NCBI GenBank assembly: GCA_965228475.1
Contig: OZ245817.1
Coordinates: 1,824,001-1,888,000 of the forward strand
Origin: Myxococcota bacterium
Lineage (GTDB): Bacteria > Myxococcota_A > UBA9160 > JAFDDA01
Length of the DNA: 64,000 bases
Direction: 5' to 3'
The notes under the pieces are model-generated. The model saw nothing but the letters and a program-made list of their open reading frames with translations, ran no database searches and had not been told where the DNA came from. The position numbers and the translations under genes were made by a program. Of the stretch, positions 1-9,682 are shown piece by piece; position 1 is the stretch's first letter; the number at the start of each line of letters is the position of its first letter.

Positions 1-453
1 ATCCGCCAGGCGGCTTCGAGCCTCGGCGCCGCCCAGTTCTGCATCGACGAAGCCGTGGCCTACGCGAAGGAGCGAAAGCCCTTCGGCAAGGCCCTCGCCA
101 CCAACCAGGCCATCCAGTTCCCGCTCGTCGAACTCCAGACCCAGTGCGAGATGCTGCGCGCCCTGATCCACAAGACGGCGTGGCACATGGATCGCGACGG
201 CGCGTTCTCCGTTTCGGACAAGGTCTCCATGTGCAACTACTGGTCGAACCGGCTGTGCTGCGAGGCCGCCGACCGTGCAATGCAGGTGCACGGCGGGCTC
301 GGCTACTCGCGCCACAAGCCCTTCGAGCACATCTATCGTCACCACCGCCGCTATCGCATCACCGAGGGCGCGGAGGAGATCCAGATGCGGCGGGTGGCCG
401 GCTACCTGTTCGGCTTCATGAAGCAGCGCGCGCCGAAGGGCGTGCAGGCCTAG
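1..453 (+). CDS. Acyl-CoA dehydrogenase, C-terminal part (5' truncated by window edge)
   Basis: Frame open from base 1; ACAD C-terminal motifs YAKERKPFG, QVHGGLGY, RITEGAEEIQ. Confidence 0.93.
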   Translation: MRQAASSLGAAQFCIDEAVAYAKERKPFGKALATNQAIQFPLVELQTQCEMLRALIHKTAWHMDRDGAFSVSDKVSMCNYWSNRLCCEAADRAMQVHGGLGYSRHKPFEHIYRHHRRYRITEGAEEIQMRRVAGYLFGFMKQRAPKGVQA

Positions 454-468
454 CGAAGCGGTGTCCGG

Positions 469-1407
469 CTAGGCGCTCCCCAGCCGTTCGAGCTGGCGGC
501 CGAGCCAGTCTTCCATGTCGCGGTTGTAGCGACGCGCCACGTCCGTGCCGGCGAACAGATTCACGCCGTGGGGCGCGCCCGGGTAGACGTGGAGCTCGGT
601 CGGCACGCCGGCCGCACCGAGCCGGCGGGCGTACTCGATGTTTTCGTCGCGAAACCCGTCAGCGCCGCCCACGCAGACGTACGCCTCCGGAAGGCCGGAG
701 AGGTCCGTGGCCCGTGCGGGCGCGGCCAGGGCCGGGACGTCCTCCGTGCCGTGGAGGTCGCCCAGGTAGGAGCGCCAGCCGAACGTGTTCGAAGCGCGGC
801 TCCACACGACGAGATCCTCCGCCTGACTCGAAGGCGTGGCCTGGCGGTCGTCGAGCATGGGGCATTCGAGCAGCTGGAACCGGACTTCGAACTCCCCCCG
901 TTCGCGCACGAGCTGCGCGAGGGCGGCGCACAGGCCCCCGCCGGCGCTGGTTCCGCCGATTCCGATCCTCCCCGCGTCGACACCGATGCGCTCGGCGTTC
1001 TCGAAGGTCCAACGCAGGGCCGCGTAGCAGTCCTCGAGCGGGCCGGGGAAGGGTGTCTCCGGCGCGAGCCGGTACTCGACCGAGACGCCGACGAGGTCGA
1101 ACTTCGGGCACCAGCGGTCGAACTTGGCATCTTCCATCGTGTGGCTGCCCATGACGTAGCCACCGCCGTGGATGGAGAAGAGCGCCGGGCGCAGGCCCTC
1201 CGAGGCGTTCGCCCGATGGATGCGGACCGAGACCGGCGGGGTCTCGGACACCACCACGTTCTCGCTCTTCACCGCGCCGCTCGGCTCGAAGGGCAGCTCC
1301 AGGATCATCTTCCGGAGGCCTTCCAGGGTCTCCGGCCCGGTCGTCGGGATCGGCAGCAGCGGCGCCTGCTCGGCGACCTCGGGGTCGAGTGCGATGGTCT
1401 TCGTCAT
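469..1407 (-). CDS. Alpha/beta hydrolase, HSL-type esterase/lipase
   Basis: HGGGY oxyanion motif, GTSAGG nucleophile elbow, YPGAPHG; start MTKTIALD overlaps upstream stop (ATGA). Confidence 0.92.
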   Translation of the reverse strand: MTKTIALDPEVAEQAPLLPIPTTGPETLEGLRKMILELPFEPSGAVKSENVVVSETPPVSVRIHRANASEGLRPALFSIHGGGYVMGSHTMEDAKFDRWCPKFDLVGVSVEYRLAPETPFPGPLEDCYAALRWTFENAERIGVDAGRIGIGGTSAGGGLCAALAQLVRERGEFEVRFQLLECPMLDDRQATPSSQAEDLVVWSRASNTFGWRSYLGDLHGTEDVPALAAPARATDLSGLPEAYVCVGGADGFRDENIEYARRLGAAGVPTELHVYPGAPHGVNLFAGTDVARRYNRDMEDWLGRQLERLGSA

Positions 1408-2513
1408 TCGGCGTCGCCGTCCCACAGCGAGAGGACGTGGCCGTGTTGCGGCTCGGTGCGGCCGGCCAGGGTGTCTTCGTACACGCGTTCCACGGCCTCG
1501 CGCCCGCGGCCGCGCTTCACCTCGAGCCAGCCTTCGCTGAAGGCACGGAAGCCGGACCAGGCCTCGGCGAGCTTCTCCTGCAGGACGTCGCCTCCCCACT
1601 CGGCGGCCCGCTTCTGGATCTGCGCCGGGGCGAAGAACATCTCGGGGCTCGGGCCCGGGAGGTCTGCGTCGCCCGCGCCCGGGGCGCCGGCCTGGTCCCA
1701 GTGGGTGGCGCCGACGCCGCAGGAGTGCCGGAGCTGGCTGCCGAGATGTTCGTGGACGGCCCGCCGCACCTCGGCGTTCCCGGCCATGTCGACGAAGACG
1801 CTCGGGGTGCCGGCGTCGAGGCTGGGGACCTCGTCGTAGGTCACGACCTCGTCGTAGCAGCCGAGCTTGCGCACGAACTCGAGGTTGCGCGCGGAGGTCA
1901 GCGCGACGGCGCGCGCCCGGCCGCCGCTCGAGACCTGGTGGCCGAGGGCGATCGAGGTCTTGCTCGAGGCGCTCGAGATCAGGATGGCCGCCTCGCCGAA
2001 CTCCCGGCTCGCGATGAAATCGTCGATCAGGAACGACGTCATGAAGAGGCCGCGCATCAGCATGAGCGCGTCCTCGTGCTCGGGCTGCCAGAGGCGATCC
2101 TCCGAGGTCGGGGTGTACTGGCGGTACGCCGGGGCGGTGGCCGCCCGGTGGGCCGCGCCGTCGACGATGCCCGAGGCGCCGACGGCGCTCGGCTCGATCA
2201 CGAGGTAGCGCGACATCGGATAGAAGCCCGAGCAGCGCGTGCCGACGGCGACCTCGGTGTGCTTCGAGGCGATGACGTCGCCGAAGCCCATGGTCGGCAG
2301 CCGCCCGAAGCCCTCGGGCGCCGGGAAGAAGTTCCAGTAGCCGAGCATGTCGCCGGCCAGGGCGTAGGTGATGTTGTTCGCGGTGAACGCGAAGCGGTCG
2401 ACGCGCAGGAGGACCTGACCGTCGCCGATCTCGGGTGCCGGAGCGTCCTGGAAGCGATGCTGCTTCCAGTCGGTCTTGTTCACCAGGAAGTCGAGGCCGG
2501 TGGGGGTTGCCAT
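1404..2513 (-). CDS. DUF2855-like protein (MDR-like fold)
   Basis: FTANNITYA, YWNFFP, SSASSKTS, VGATHW, FFAP motifs. Confidence 0.8.
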   Translation of the reverse strand: MATPTGLDFLVNKTDWKQHRFQDAPAPEIGDGQVLLRVDRFAFTANNITYALAGDMLGYWNFFPAPEGFGRLPTMGFGDVIASKHTEVAVGTRCSGFYPMSRYLVIEPSAVGASGIVDGAAHRAATAPAYRQYTPTSEDRLWQPEHEDALMLMRGLFMTSFLIDDFIASREFGEAAILISSASSKTSIALGHQVSSGGRARAVALTSARNLEFVRKLGCYDEVVTYDEVPSLDAGTPSVFVDMAGNAEVRRAVHEHLGSQLRHSCGVGATHWDQAGAPGAGDADLPGPSPEMFFAPAQIQKRAAEWGGDVLQEKLAEAWSGFRAFSEGWLEVKRGRGREAVERVYEDTLAGRTEPQHGHVLSLWDGDAE

Positions 2514-2520
2514 GGGTCTC

Positions 2521-3606
2521 CTAGTCGTTGGCGAGGACGAGATCGAAACCGCGCTTGGCGACGCGGTGGCGCGGTACGTGGGCGAGCAGCGCCTCCCAGC
2601 CGGTGCCCGCGACCGCTTCGTCGACGGCCTTGCGGGCGGGCGGGGCGAGGGCGGCGTACTCGTCGATCGCGCGCTGCGCGAGGAAGGGGGCGTAGCTGCC
2701 GGCGAAGCGGACGAAGGGCGCGCCGCGGAGCGTTCCCTCGATCTGGCCGACGGCGCGGGGCAGGGGCTCGCCCTCGCGCGGCGCGTCGTCGGCCCAGCGC
2801 TCGAAGACCTCGAGCCCGGCGAGCAGGATCGGGGCGGCGTCCTGGCCCATCACGCGAAGCGTCTCGCGGAAGGTCGGGGCGAGGGCGTCTTCGCCGAGCC
2901 ATGCTCCCTGGGCCGGCGCGTTCGGATGGTTGCAGCGCTCGATCCAGCCGACCACGGGCCGGGCGGTCTCGAGCAGGAGCCGGCGCGAGACCAGATCCGT
3001 GAAGAAGTGTCCGTCGACGGGGCCCATCAGCGCGCAGTCCGCGAAGGACATGCGCTCGCCGAGCAGGTAGGCGTGGCCGGTGAAGTGGGTGGAGAGCGCG
3101 TCGAGGAGGTCGCGCGTGTGGGCCTCGATGGCCGCGCCGTTCTCCTCGCTGGCGCCGACCGCGAAGCGGGCCTTGGCCATGCGGGCGGCGGCGAGCGTGC
3201 CGACCTTCTCGTCGCCGATCATCGCGATGAAGCGCGAGCGGGCCGACGCTTCGCCGAGCTCGCTTCCCCAGCGGTAGTGCATGGCCGGGGCCAGTGCGAA
3301 CTCGTCCGTGTAGAGCTCGACGAGATGGGCCGCGATGCGCTGCACCGGCGTCGCGGGGAAGAGCGGTGGGTCCGGGTGGCGCGCTTCGAGGCGATCGTAG
3401 ATGTCCGTCGAATCCTGCCAGGTCTCGTCCTCGGGCGTCACGAGCATGGGGATGAAGCCGAGGCCCGTGCGCTCCTGGATCAGGCGGAGGTCCGCTCGGA
3501 CCTCGTCGTACCAGAGCCGCTTGTAGCGCAGGGCAGGGCGGACCTTGGCCGAGAAGTAGGACACTTCGAAGGCATGGAAGACGTACGGGCCGGCGGGGGC
3601 GGTCAC
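2521..3606 (-). CDS. Glutathione S-transferase family protein
   Basis: SYFSAKVR N-terminal motif, IP..., QDST, YLLGERMSFAD; GTG start chosen. Confidence 0.85.
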   Translation of the reverse strand: MTAPAGPYVFHAFEVSYFSAKVRPALRYKRLWYDEVRADLRLIQERTGLGFIPMLVTPEDETWQDSTDIYDRLEARHPDPPLFPATPVQRIAAHLVELYTDEFALAPAMHYRWGSELGEASARSRFIAMIGDEKVGTLAAARMAKARFAVGASEENGAAIEAHTRDLLDALSTHFTGHAYLLGERMSFADCALMGPVDGHFFTDLVSRRLLLETARPVVGWIERCNHPNAPAQGAWLGEDALAPTFRETLRVMGQDAAPILLAGLEVFERWADDAPREGEPLPRAVGQIEGTLRGAPFVRFAGSYAPFLAQRAIDEYAALAPPARKAVDEAVAGTGWEALLAHVPRHRVAKRGFDLVLAND

Positions 3607-3704
3607 GGGGTTCCTCGGAGGGCGCGAAAGGCGATGATGCCACATTCGCACACGGCGCCGGAGTACGATCTCCCGGGGCGCAGCCGGAGCGGCTGGAGGG
3701 AACC

Positions 3705-4505
3705 ATGAAGTACGAACAGATCACCTACGAGGTCCGGTCGGACGTGGCGCTGCTGACGCTCGACCGGCCCGATCGCCTGAACGCGTGGACGCCGCGCATG
3801 TCCGAGGAGCAGGCCGATGCGATCGGCCGTGCGAACGCGGACCCGGCGGTCGGCGCGATCGTGATGACCGGCGCCGGGCGGGGCTTCTGCGCCGGCGCCG
3901 ACATGGAGGCGACCTTCCAGTCGCGCATCGACGGGGTCGACCCCGGCAAGAACACCCAGGGCGGCTCCGGGGGCCTGCCCGAGGGTCTCGACTGGGTCGG
4001 GCTCGTCCGGGAATCGAAGCCGATCGTCGCGGCCGTGAACGGCGCCGCCGTCGGCATCGGCCTCACGATGATCCTGCCCTGCGACGTGGTCCTGGCCTCG
4101 GAGCGCGCGAAGCTCGGCATGGGGTTCATCAAGATGGGGCTCGTTCCCGAGCTCGCGAGCACCCACTTCCTGGTGCAGCGCATGGGCTTCGGGCGCGCGA
4201 GCGAGATGTGCCTCTCGGGCCGCCTCTATCCCGCCACCGAGGCCTGCGAACTCGGTCTCGTCGACCGGCTGACCCCCGACGGCGAAGTGGTCGATCAGGC
4301 CCTCGCCCTCGCCGGCGAGTTCGCGGCGAACCCCGCGCCCCAGCTGCGCATGACGAAGCAGCTGCTCACGCGGAACGGCTCCCACACGGACCTCGACGAG
4401 ATCCAGGAACGCGAGAGCGCGCTCCTGCGGGAGTGCTGGAAGACGCCGGAGCACAAGGAGGCGGTGCAGGCCTTCATCGAGAAGCGCCCGCCGAAGTTTC
4501 GCTAG
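3705..4505 (+). CDS. Enoyl-CoA hydratase/isomerase (crotonase)
   Basis: FCAGADM, KPIVAAVNGAAVGIG, AFIEKRPPKF. Confidence 0.93.
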   Translation: MKYEQITYEVRSDVALLTLDRPDRLNAWTPRMSEEQADAIGRANADPAVGAIVMTGAGRGFCAGADMEATFQSRIDGVDPGKNTQGGSGGLPEGLDWVGLVRESKPIVAAVNGAAVGIGLTMILPCDVVLASERAKLGMGFIKMGLVPELASTHFLVQRMGFGRASEMCLSGRLYPATEACELGLVDRLTPDGEVVDQALALAGEFAANPAPQLRMTKQLLTRNGSHTDLDEIQERESALLRECWKTPEHKEAVQAFIEKRPPKFR

Positions 4506-4513
4506 CGGTCGCG

Positions 4514-5650
4514 CTAGAACCCGCGCAGCGTGGCGTAGCGGTCGCGGTGGAACGAACGGTTGCCGAAGCTCGCCTCGAGGGCCCGGGCGCGCTTCAGGTA
4601 GAGGCCCGCGTCGAACTCGTCGGTCATGCCGATGCCGCCGTGGATCTGGATCAGCTCGTTCGACATGTGGTGCAGGAAGGCGCCCGCCTTCGCCTTGGAG
4701 AGGGAGCAGAGTTCCGCCGTGTCCTCCGCCCCGGCGTCGATCGCCTGCAGCGCGGCCTCCACGCAGGAGCGCGTCATCTCCATCTCCGTGAAGAGCCCGG
4801 CCGCCCGGTGCCCGAGCGCCTGGAACCCGCCGATCACCTGGCCGAACTGCTCGCGGTTCTTCAGGTAGTCGAGGGTCAGGTCGAAGGACTGCGCCGCCAC
4901 GCCGAGCATCTCCGCGGCGACGCCGGCCCGCGTCCGGTCGAGGATGGCGTCGAGCAGAGGGGCCGCCTCGTCGAGCGTGCCCAGCGCGGCCTCGGCGGGC
5001 ACCTCGACGTTCTCGAAAGTGACGCGCGCGTAGCCACGGCTGTCGGCGGTGGCGAGCCGCTGGCGGGAAAGGCCGCTCGCATCGCTTTCGACGAGGAACA
5101 GGCTGATCCCGCGAGCCTCGCCCGGGCTCCCGCTCGTGCGCGCGGACACGACGAAGGCGTCGGCCGCGAGGCCTTCGTGGACCTGGGTCTTGGTGCCCGC
5201 GAGACGAAAGCCCGTCGCCGTCTTCTCGGCTTCGAGGGCCGTTCGCAGGGGCGCGTGGTGGGGGCCTTCGTCGACGGCGAGGGTCACGACGGCGCTCCCC
5301 TCGGCGATCTTCGGCAGCCACGCCTTCTGCTGTGCGTCGCTCCCGCCGAGCACGAGGGCCGTCGCGCCGCCGAGCCCCGAGGCCAGCAGCGGCGAGGCGG
5401 TGAGCTGGCGCCCGAGCTCCTCGAGGACGACGCCGAAGGTCAGGAAGCCCATGTCGACCCCGCCGTGCTCTTCGGGCACGACGATTCCGGCCCAGCCCAT
5501 CTCGCCGATGCTCGCCCAGGTCGCCTTGTCGAATCCGTGCTCGTTCGCGCTGTCGCGCATCTCCCGGAACTTCGCGACGGGAGCCTCGTCGCGGGCCCAC
5601 GTCCGGGCCTGGTCCTTCAGGAGTGCCTGCTCTTCGGTGAGTGCTGCCAT
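4514..5650 (-). CDS. Acyl-CoA dehydrogenase (PimD-like subunit of a paired ACAD)
   Basis: REQFGQVIGGFQAL, IQIHGGIGMT; follows a second ACAD. Confidence 0.9.
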   Translation of the reverse strand: MAALTEEQALLKDQARTWARDEAPVAKFREMRDSANEHGFDKATWASIGEMGWAGIVVPEEHGGVDMGFLTFGVVLEELGRQLTASPLLASGLGGATALVLGGSDAQQKAWLPKIAEGSAVVTLAVDEGPHHAPLRTALEAEKTATGFRLAGTKTQVHEGLAADAFVVSARTSGSPGEARGISLFLVESDASGLSRQRLATADSRGYARVTFENVEVPAEAALGTLDEAAPLLDAILDRTRAGVAAEMLGVAAQSFDLTLDYLKNREQFGQVIGGFQALGHRAAGLFTEMEMTRSCVEAALQAIDAGAEDTAELCSLSKAKAGAFLHHMSNELIQIHGGIGMTDEFDAGLYLKRARALEASFGNRSFHRDRYATLRGF

Positions 5651-5662
5651 CGTTCTTCTTTC

Positions 5663-6883
5663 CTAGCCGCGCTGGGTGTTCTCGGGCAGGCCGAGGATGT
5701 TCTTCGCGATGATGTTGTTCTGGATCTCGAAGGAGCCGCCGTAGATCGACATGGCCTTCCCGCTGAGCCAGCTGCGCACGGCTTCGAGCTCCCGCGCTTC
5801 GTACCCCTCGCCCTCCCAGCCGAGGCCCTGGTGGCCGAGGATCTCGATCATCAGCTCGGCGCGCTGCTGGGCGACCGTCGACGCCGCGTTCTTCAGGATC
5901 GACGCGGCGGCGCTCACCTTGGCGTTCCCCCGCGCCTCCTCCGTGATGCGCCGGATGGTGAGGGCGTGGGACTTCGCCTCGATCATGTGCTCCGCCAGCC
6001 GGGCGCGCAGGTCCGGGTCCGCGAGGCGCCCCGCTTCGTCCACGCCGACGTAGTCCTTGGCGATGTCGCGGATCGAGCGTCGCTGGCCGCCGCCGAGGCC
6101 GGAGGTGGCGCCGGTCTGGCTCTGGCGTTCGTGCTGCAGCAGCCGCTTGCCGACGGTCCAGCCCGCGTTCAGCTCGCCGAGCATCTCGTCCTTCTCGGCA
6201 CGGGCGTCGTTGAAGAAGGTCTCGCAGAACGGCGAAGCGCCCCCGATCAGGCGGATCGGCCGCGTCTCGATGCCGGGCTGGTCCATGTCGATCATGAGGA
6301 AGCTGATGCCGTCGCGCTTCGGGGCGTCCGGGTCGGTGCGGACGAGCACGCCGCACCAGTCCGAGATGTCGGCGCCGGAGGTCCAGGTCTTCTGCCCGTT
6401 CACGACCCAGTGGTCGCCCGCGTCGACCGCGCGCGTCTGCAGCGAGGCGAGGTCCGAGCCGGCGTTGGGCTCGGAGTACCCGAGCGACCAGAAGACGTCT
6501 CCCCGGCAGATCCGAGGGATGTGGCGCTGTTTCTGTTCCTCGGTTCCGTACTCGAGGATCGTCGGGCCGACCATCGTGATGCCCATGCCCGTCGTCCGCA
6601 CGAGCGGGTTGAAGGCGCCGGCGCGGTCGAGCTCCTGATTCAGCACGATGGCCTCGGTCTGGCTCAGACCGCCGCCGCCGTACTCCGCGGGCCAGGTGGG
6701 GGTCGCCCAGCCCTTGGCGCCCAGGCGCTTGCCCCACTCGATGGCTTCGGTCTCGCCCGCGGCCAGGGTCTCGCCGGACATCAGCGCGGCGCCGCGGCCC
6801 GCGAGGGAGGCCGGGAAGTTCTCCGCCAGCCAGGCTTGCACCTCGCCGCGGAAGGCTTCGAGTTCGGGGTTCGTGTCGGCCAT
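5663..6883 (-). CDS. Acyl-CoA dehydrogenase (PimC-like subunit)
   Basis: YSEPNAGSDLASL, NGQKTWTS, SIYGGSFEIQ; start MADTNP with AAGGAG RBS. Confidence 0.92.
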   Translation of the reverse strand: MADTNPELEAFRGEVQAWLAENFPASLAGRGAALMSGETLAAGETEAIEWGKRLGAKGWATPTWPAEYGGGGLSQTEAIVLNQELDRAGAFNPLVRTTGMGITMVGPTILEYGTEEQKQRHIPRICRGDVFWSLGYSEPNAGSDLASLQTRAVDAGDHWVVNGQKTWTSGADISDWCGVLVRTDPDAPKRDGISFLMIDMDQPGIETRPIRLIGGASPFCETFFNDARAEKDEMLGELNAGWTVGKRLLQHERQSQTGATSGLGGGQRRSIRDIAKDYVGVDEAGRLADPDLRARLAEHMIEAKSHALTIRRITEEARGNAKVSAAASILKNAASTVAQQRAELMIEILGHQGLGWEGEGYEARELEAVRSWLSGKAMSIYGGSFEIQNNIIAKNILGLPENTQRG

Positions 6884-6905
6884 GGGGTTCTCCTTTGGAG
6901 CCGGT

Positions 6906-7922
6906 CTAGACGACGCTCCGCTGGGTATGCATGCGGAAGTCGGCGTAGCCGGCGAGGTCGTAGTACCGGACCGTGGCGCTGCGGGCGGGCGCCAGGGCAT
7001 CGATACGGGCGAAGTCCTTCGGCCCGAGGGCGACGTCCACGGCACCGAGGTTGTCCTCGGCCTGCTCGTAGGTGCGCGGGCCGATGATCGGTGCCGTCAC
7101 GCCGGGCTGGGCGCCGCACCAGGCCAGGGCGATCTGGGAGACGGTGCAGTCGCGCTCGCCGGCCATCTCGCGCAGCAGGTCGAGGACGTCCCAGGCCAGC
7201 GGCGTCGGCTTGCGTTCGAAGTTGTCCTGGCCGCCCTGCCAGCGGCCTTCGCTCGCAGGCTGGTCGCGGTGGTACTTCCCGGTGAGGAGCCCGCCGCACA
7301 GGGGCCCCCACGGAAGGATCGCCAGGCCGAAGGAGCGCGCCGCCGGGATCACCTCCCGCTCCGCCGTGCGGTCGAGCATGTGGTAGGCGGGCTGTTCGCT
7401 GATGAAGCGGTTCAGCCCGAGCTCCTTCGCGATCCAGAGGGATTCGACCATGCGCCAGGCCGGGAACATGCTGCAGCCGATGTAACGGACCTTGCCGGCG
7501 CGGATGAGGTCGTCGAGCGCGCGCAGCGTTTCGTCGACGGGGATGTTCGCGTTGGCGCGGTGCAGCTGGTAGAGGTCGATCCAATCGGTCTGGAGGCGCT
7601 GCAGGGAGGCATCGCAGGCCTGGATCAGGTGGCGGCGGCTCAGGCCACGCGCGTTGACGTCGTCGCCCTGCGGAAAGTTGAACTTCGTGGCGAGGATGGT
7701 GTTGGCCCGCCGTCCGCCCGCGGCGAGGGCTTCGCCGACGATCCGTTCGCTCTCGTTGTCCGCGTAGACGTCGGCCGTGTCGATGAAGTTCACGCCCCGG
7801 TCGAAGGCGAGATCGACGATGCGCAGCGATTCCTTCCGGTCGGCCTTGCCGCCGAACATCATCGTGCCGAGGCAGAGCTCGCTGACCTGCACGCCGGTGC
7901 GGCCGAGGGGGCGGTACTTCAC
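6906..7922 (-). CDS. Aldo/keto reductase
   Basis: LGRTGVQVSELCLGTM, DTADVY, IDLYQLH, GKVRYIG; GTG start overlaps TetR stop. Confidence 0.93.
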   Translation of the reverse strand: MKYRPLGRTGVQVSELCLGTMMFGGKADRKESLRIVDLAFDRGVNFIDTADVYADNESERIVGEALAAGGRRANTILATKFNFPQGDDVNARGLSRRHLIQACDASLQRLQTDWIDLYQLHRANANIPVDETLRALDDLIRAGKVRYIGCSMFPAWRMVESLWIAKELGLNRFISEQPAYHMLDRTAEREVIPAARSFGLAILPWGPLCGGLLTGKYHRDQPASEGRWQGGQDNFERKPTPLAWDVLDLLREMAGERDCTVSQIALAWCGAQPGVTAPIIGPRTYEQAEDNLGAVDVALGPKDFARIDALAPARSATVRYYDLAGYADFRMHTQRSVV

Positions 7923-8602
7923 GCCGGCTCCTCGAAGCCGGGGGCGCCGTCCACCTCGAGGTAGCGGAGCGCCGAGCGAAGGGCCTCCCGCAGGAACGCC
8001 TCGTCGCTGCGGTTCGCGAGGGGCGACGGCATCGCGTCGGCGCCAAAGCGGGCTTCGAGCAGGGTGGCGAGCTGTTCGATCACGAAGGCGCTCGCGAGCT
8101 CCGGGTCGGGGTGGCCGATCTCCTCGCGCCGGGCGAGCAGGAGCCCGGCGATGCCTTCGAGGAGGTCGCTGCGGAGCTCCGCGTAGTGGGCGCGGAGCGC
8201 GGGTTCGGTGCGGGCGATCAGCAGGCCCGCGCCTTTCATGGCGGGGCGTTCGCGGCCGATGGTGAGGGAGAACTCGAGGTAGCCGAGCAGGCGGTCGGCG
8301 ACCGAGGCCCCCTCCCAGCGCGCCGGGTCGAGCGCCTCGCGGGTCGTCGCCCGGAGTTCCTCGCACATGCGTTCGAAGACCGCGTAGGTGAGGGCCTTCT
8401 TGTCGCGGAAGTGGTGGTAGACCGCGCCGACGGAGCAGCCCGCCCGGGCCGCCACGTCGCTCACCGAGGTGGTCTCGACGCCCTTCTCCGCGAACAGCAC
8501 CGCCGCCGCCTCGAGCAGCGAGGCCTGGGTGCGTTGGCTCCGGGTCTGCTGGCCCGGGCGCACCCAGTGGAGGTCGGAGATGAAGCGGCTTCGCGGCACC
8601 AC
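7919..8602 (-). CDS. TetR/AcrR family transcriptional regulator
   Basis: HTH: LFAEKGVETTSVSDVAARAGCSVGAVYHHFRDK. Confidence 0.93.
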   Translation of the reverse strand: MVPRSRFISDLHWVRPGQQTRSQRTQASLLEAAAVLFAEKGVETTSVSDVAARAGCSVGAVYHHFRDKKALTYAVFERMCEELRATTREALDPARWEGASVADRLLGYLEFSLTIGRERPAMKGAGLLIARTEPALRAHYAELRSDLLEGIAGLLLARREEIGHPDPELASAFVIEQLATLLEARFGADAMPSPLANRSDEAFLREALRSALRYLEVDGAPGFEEPA

Positions 8603-8608
8603 GGAGCG

Positions 8609-9571
8609 CTAGAGCGGAAAGCTCTGGCCGACCATCTCCTCCGAGAGGGTCCAGAGCCGCTTCGCGGCCTCCGGGTCGACGGCATGGGAGCGCACGCCGT
8701 CCGGCGCGTTCTCGCGATCGTCGACCTCGGCGAGGCGGCAGTTTTCTAGGTAGCGCCCGCCGATGCCTTCGAGCTCGGGCGCCGTCGCGGCGTAGACGGT
8801 CGTGGCCGCACCGGCCTCGACGGACTTGAGCTTGAGCTCGGTCCCGCGGGCTTTCGCACGGTCGCGCATCATCTGGTAGTCCGCGTCCTCGAGGTGGCGG
8901 GCGAGGTCCGTCATGATCACGCCGGGGTGGATGGCGTTGGCGTGGACGCCCTTCGGGCCGAGGCGCCGCTCGAGCTCCACCGCGAACAGCACGTTCGCGG
9001 TCTTGGCCTGGCCGTAGGCCGACCACTTGTCGTAGGGCCGGTTCTCGAAGTGCGGGTCGTCGAAGACGACGGGCGAGCGCTCGTGGCCGAGCGAGCTCAC
9101 GGAGACGATCCGCGAAGGCGCTCCGGCCACGAGAGCCGGCGTGATCAGCCCCGTCATCAGGAAGTGGCCCAGGTGGTTCGTGCCGAACTGGAGCTCGAAG
9201 CCGTCGCTCGTCTTGCCGAAGGGGCAAGCCATCACCGCGGCGTTGTTCACGAGCAGGTGGAGCGCGTCGTGTTCGGCGAGGAAGCGCTCGGCGAAGGCGC
9301 GGATGCTCGCCAGCGAGCCGAGCTCGAGTGCCTCCACGGAGACCGCCTGGTTCCCCGTCGACTCCCGGATGCCCTTGGCGACCGCCTCGCCCTTGGCGAG
9401 CTCGCGCGCGGTGAAGACGATGCGGGCGCCCCTGGAGGCGAGCGCGCGGGCCGTCTCCGCACCGAGACCGCCCGAGCCGCCCGTCACCAGGGCGAGTTTG
9501 CCGGTCAGGTCGATGCCCTCGAGGACTTCGTCGGTGGTGGTGTCGTGGCCGAAGGCGGTGCGATCGGGCAT
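8609..9571 (-). CDS. Short-chain dehydrogenase/reductase (retinol dehydrogenase-like)
   Basis: TGGSGGLG, NNAAVM, FGTNHLGHF, YGQAK catalytic YxxxK. Confidence 0.93.
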   Translation of the reverse strand: MPDRTAFGHDTTTDEVLEGIDLTGKLALVTGGSGGLGAETARALASRGARIVFTARELAKGEAVAKGIRESTGNQAVSVEALELGSLASIRAFAERFLAEHDALHLLVNNAAVMACPFGKTSDGFELQFGTNHLGHFLMTGLITPALVAGAPSRIVSVSSLGHERSPVVFDDPHFENRPYDKWSAYGQAKTANVLFAVELERRLGPKGVHANAIHPGVIMTDLARHLEDADYQMMRDRAKARGTELKLKSVEAGAATTVYAATAPELEGIGGRYLENCRLAEVDDRENAPDGVRSHAVDPEAAKRLWTLSEEMVGQSFPL

Positions 9572-9591
9572 GGCGGGCTCCGGGCGAGGTC

Positions 9592-9613
9592 AATCCGAAT
9601 GAAGATTCGGATT
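9592..9613. promoter_or_regulatory. Perfect inverted repeat, probable TetR operator
   Basis: AATCCGAAT-GAAG-ATTCGGATT, 20 bp upstream of the SDR-tetR operon, overlapping the -10 element. Confidence 0.7.
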
Positions 9614-9640
9614 CTACGACGACGCAAAAACCCGCGTCAA
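9611..9640 (-). promoter_or_regulatory. Sigma70-type promoter for the SDR-tetR-AKR-ACAD operon
   Basis: Minus strand TTGACG-18 nt-TAGAAT. Confidence 0.65.
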
Positions 9641-9682
9641 GCCGACGGGCGGCCGATGGGATCTTTCCGCCCGCTTCCGCGA

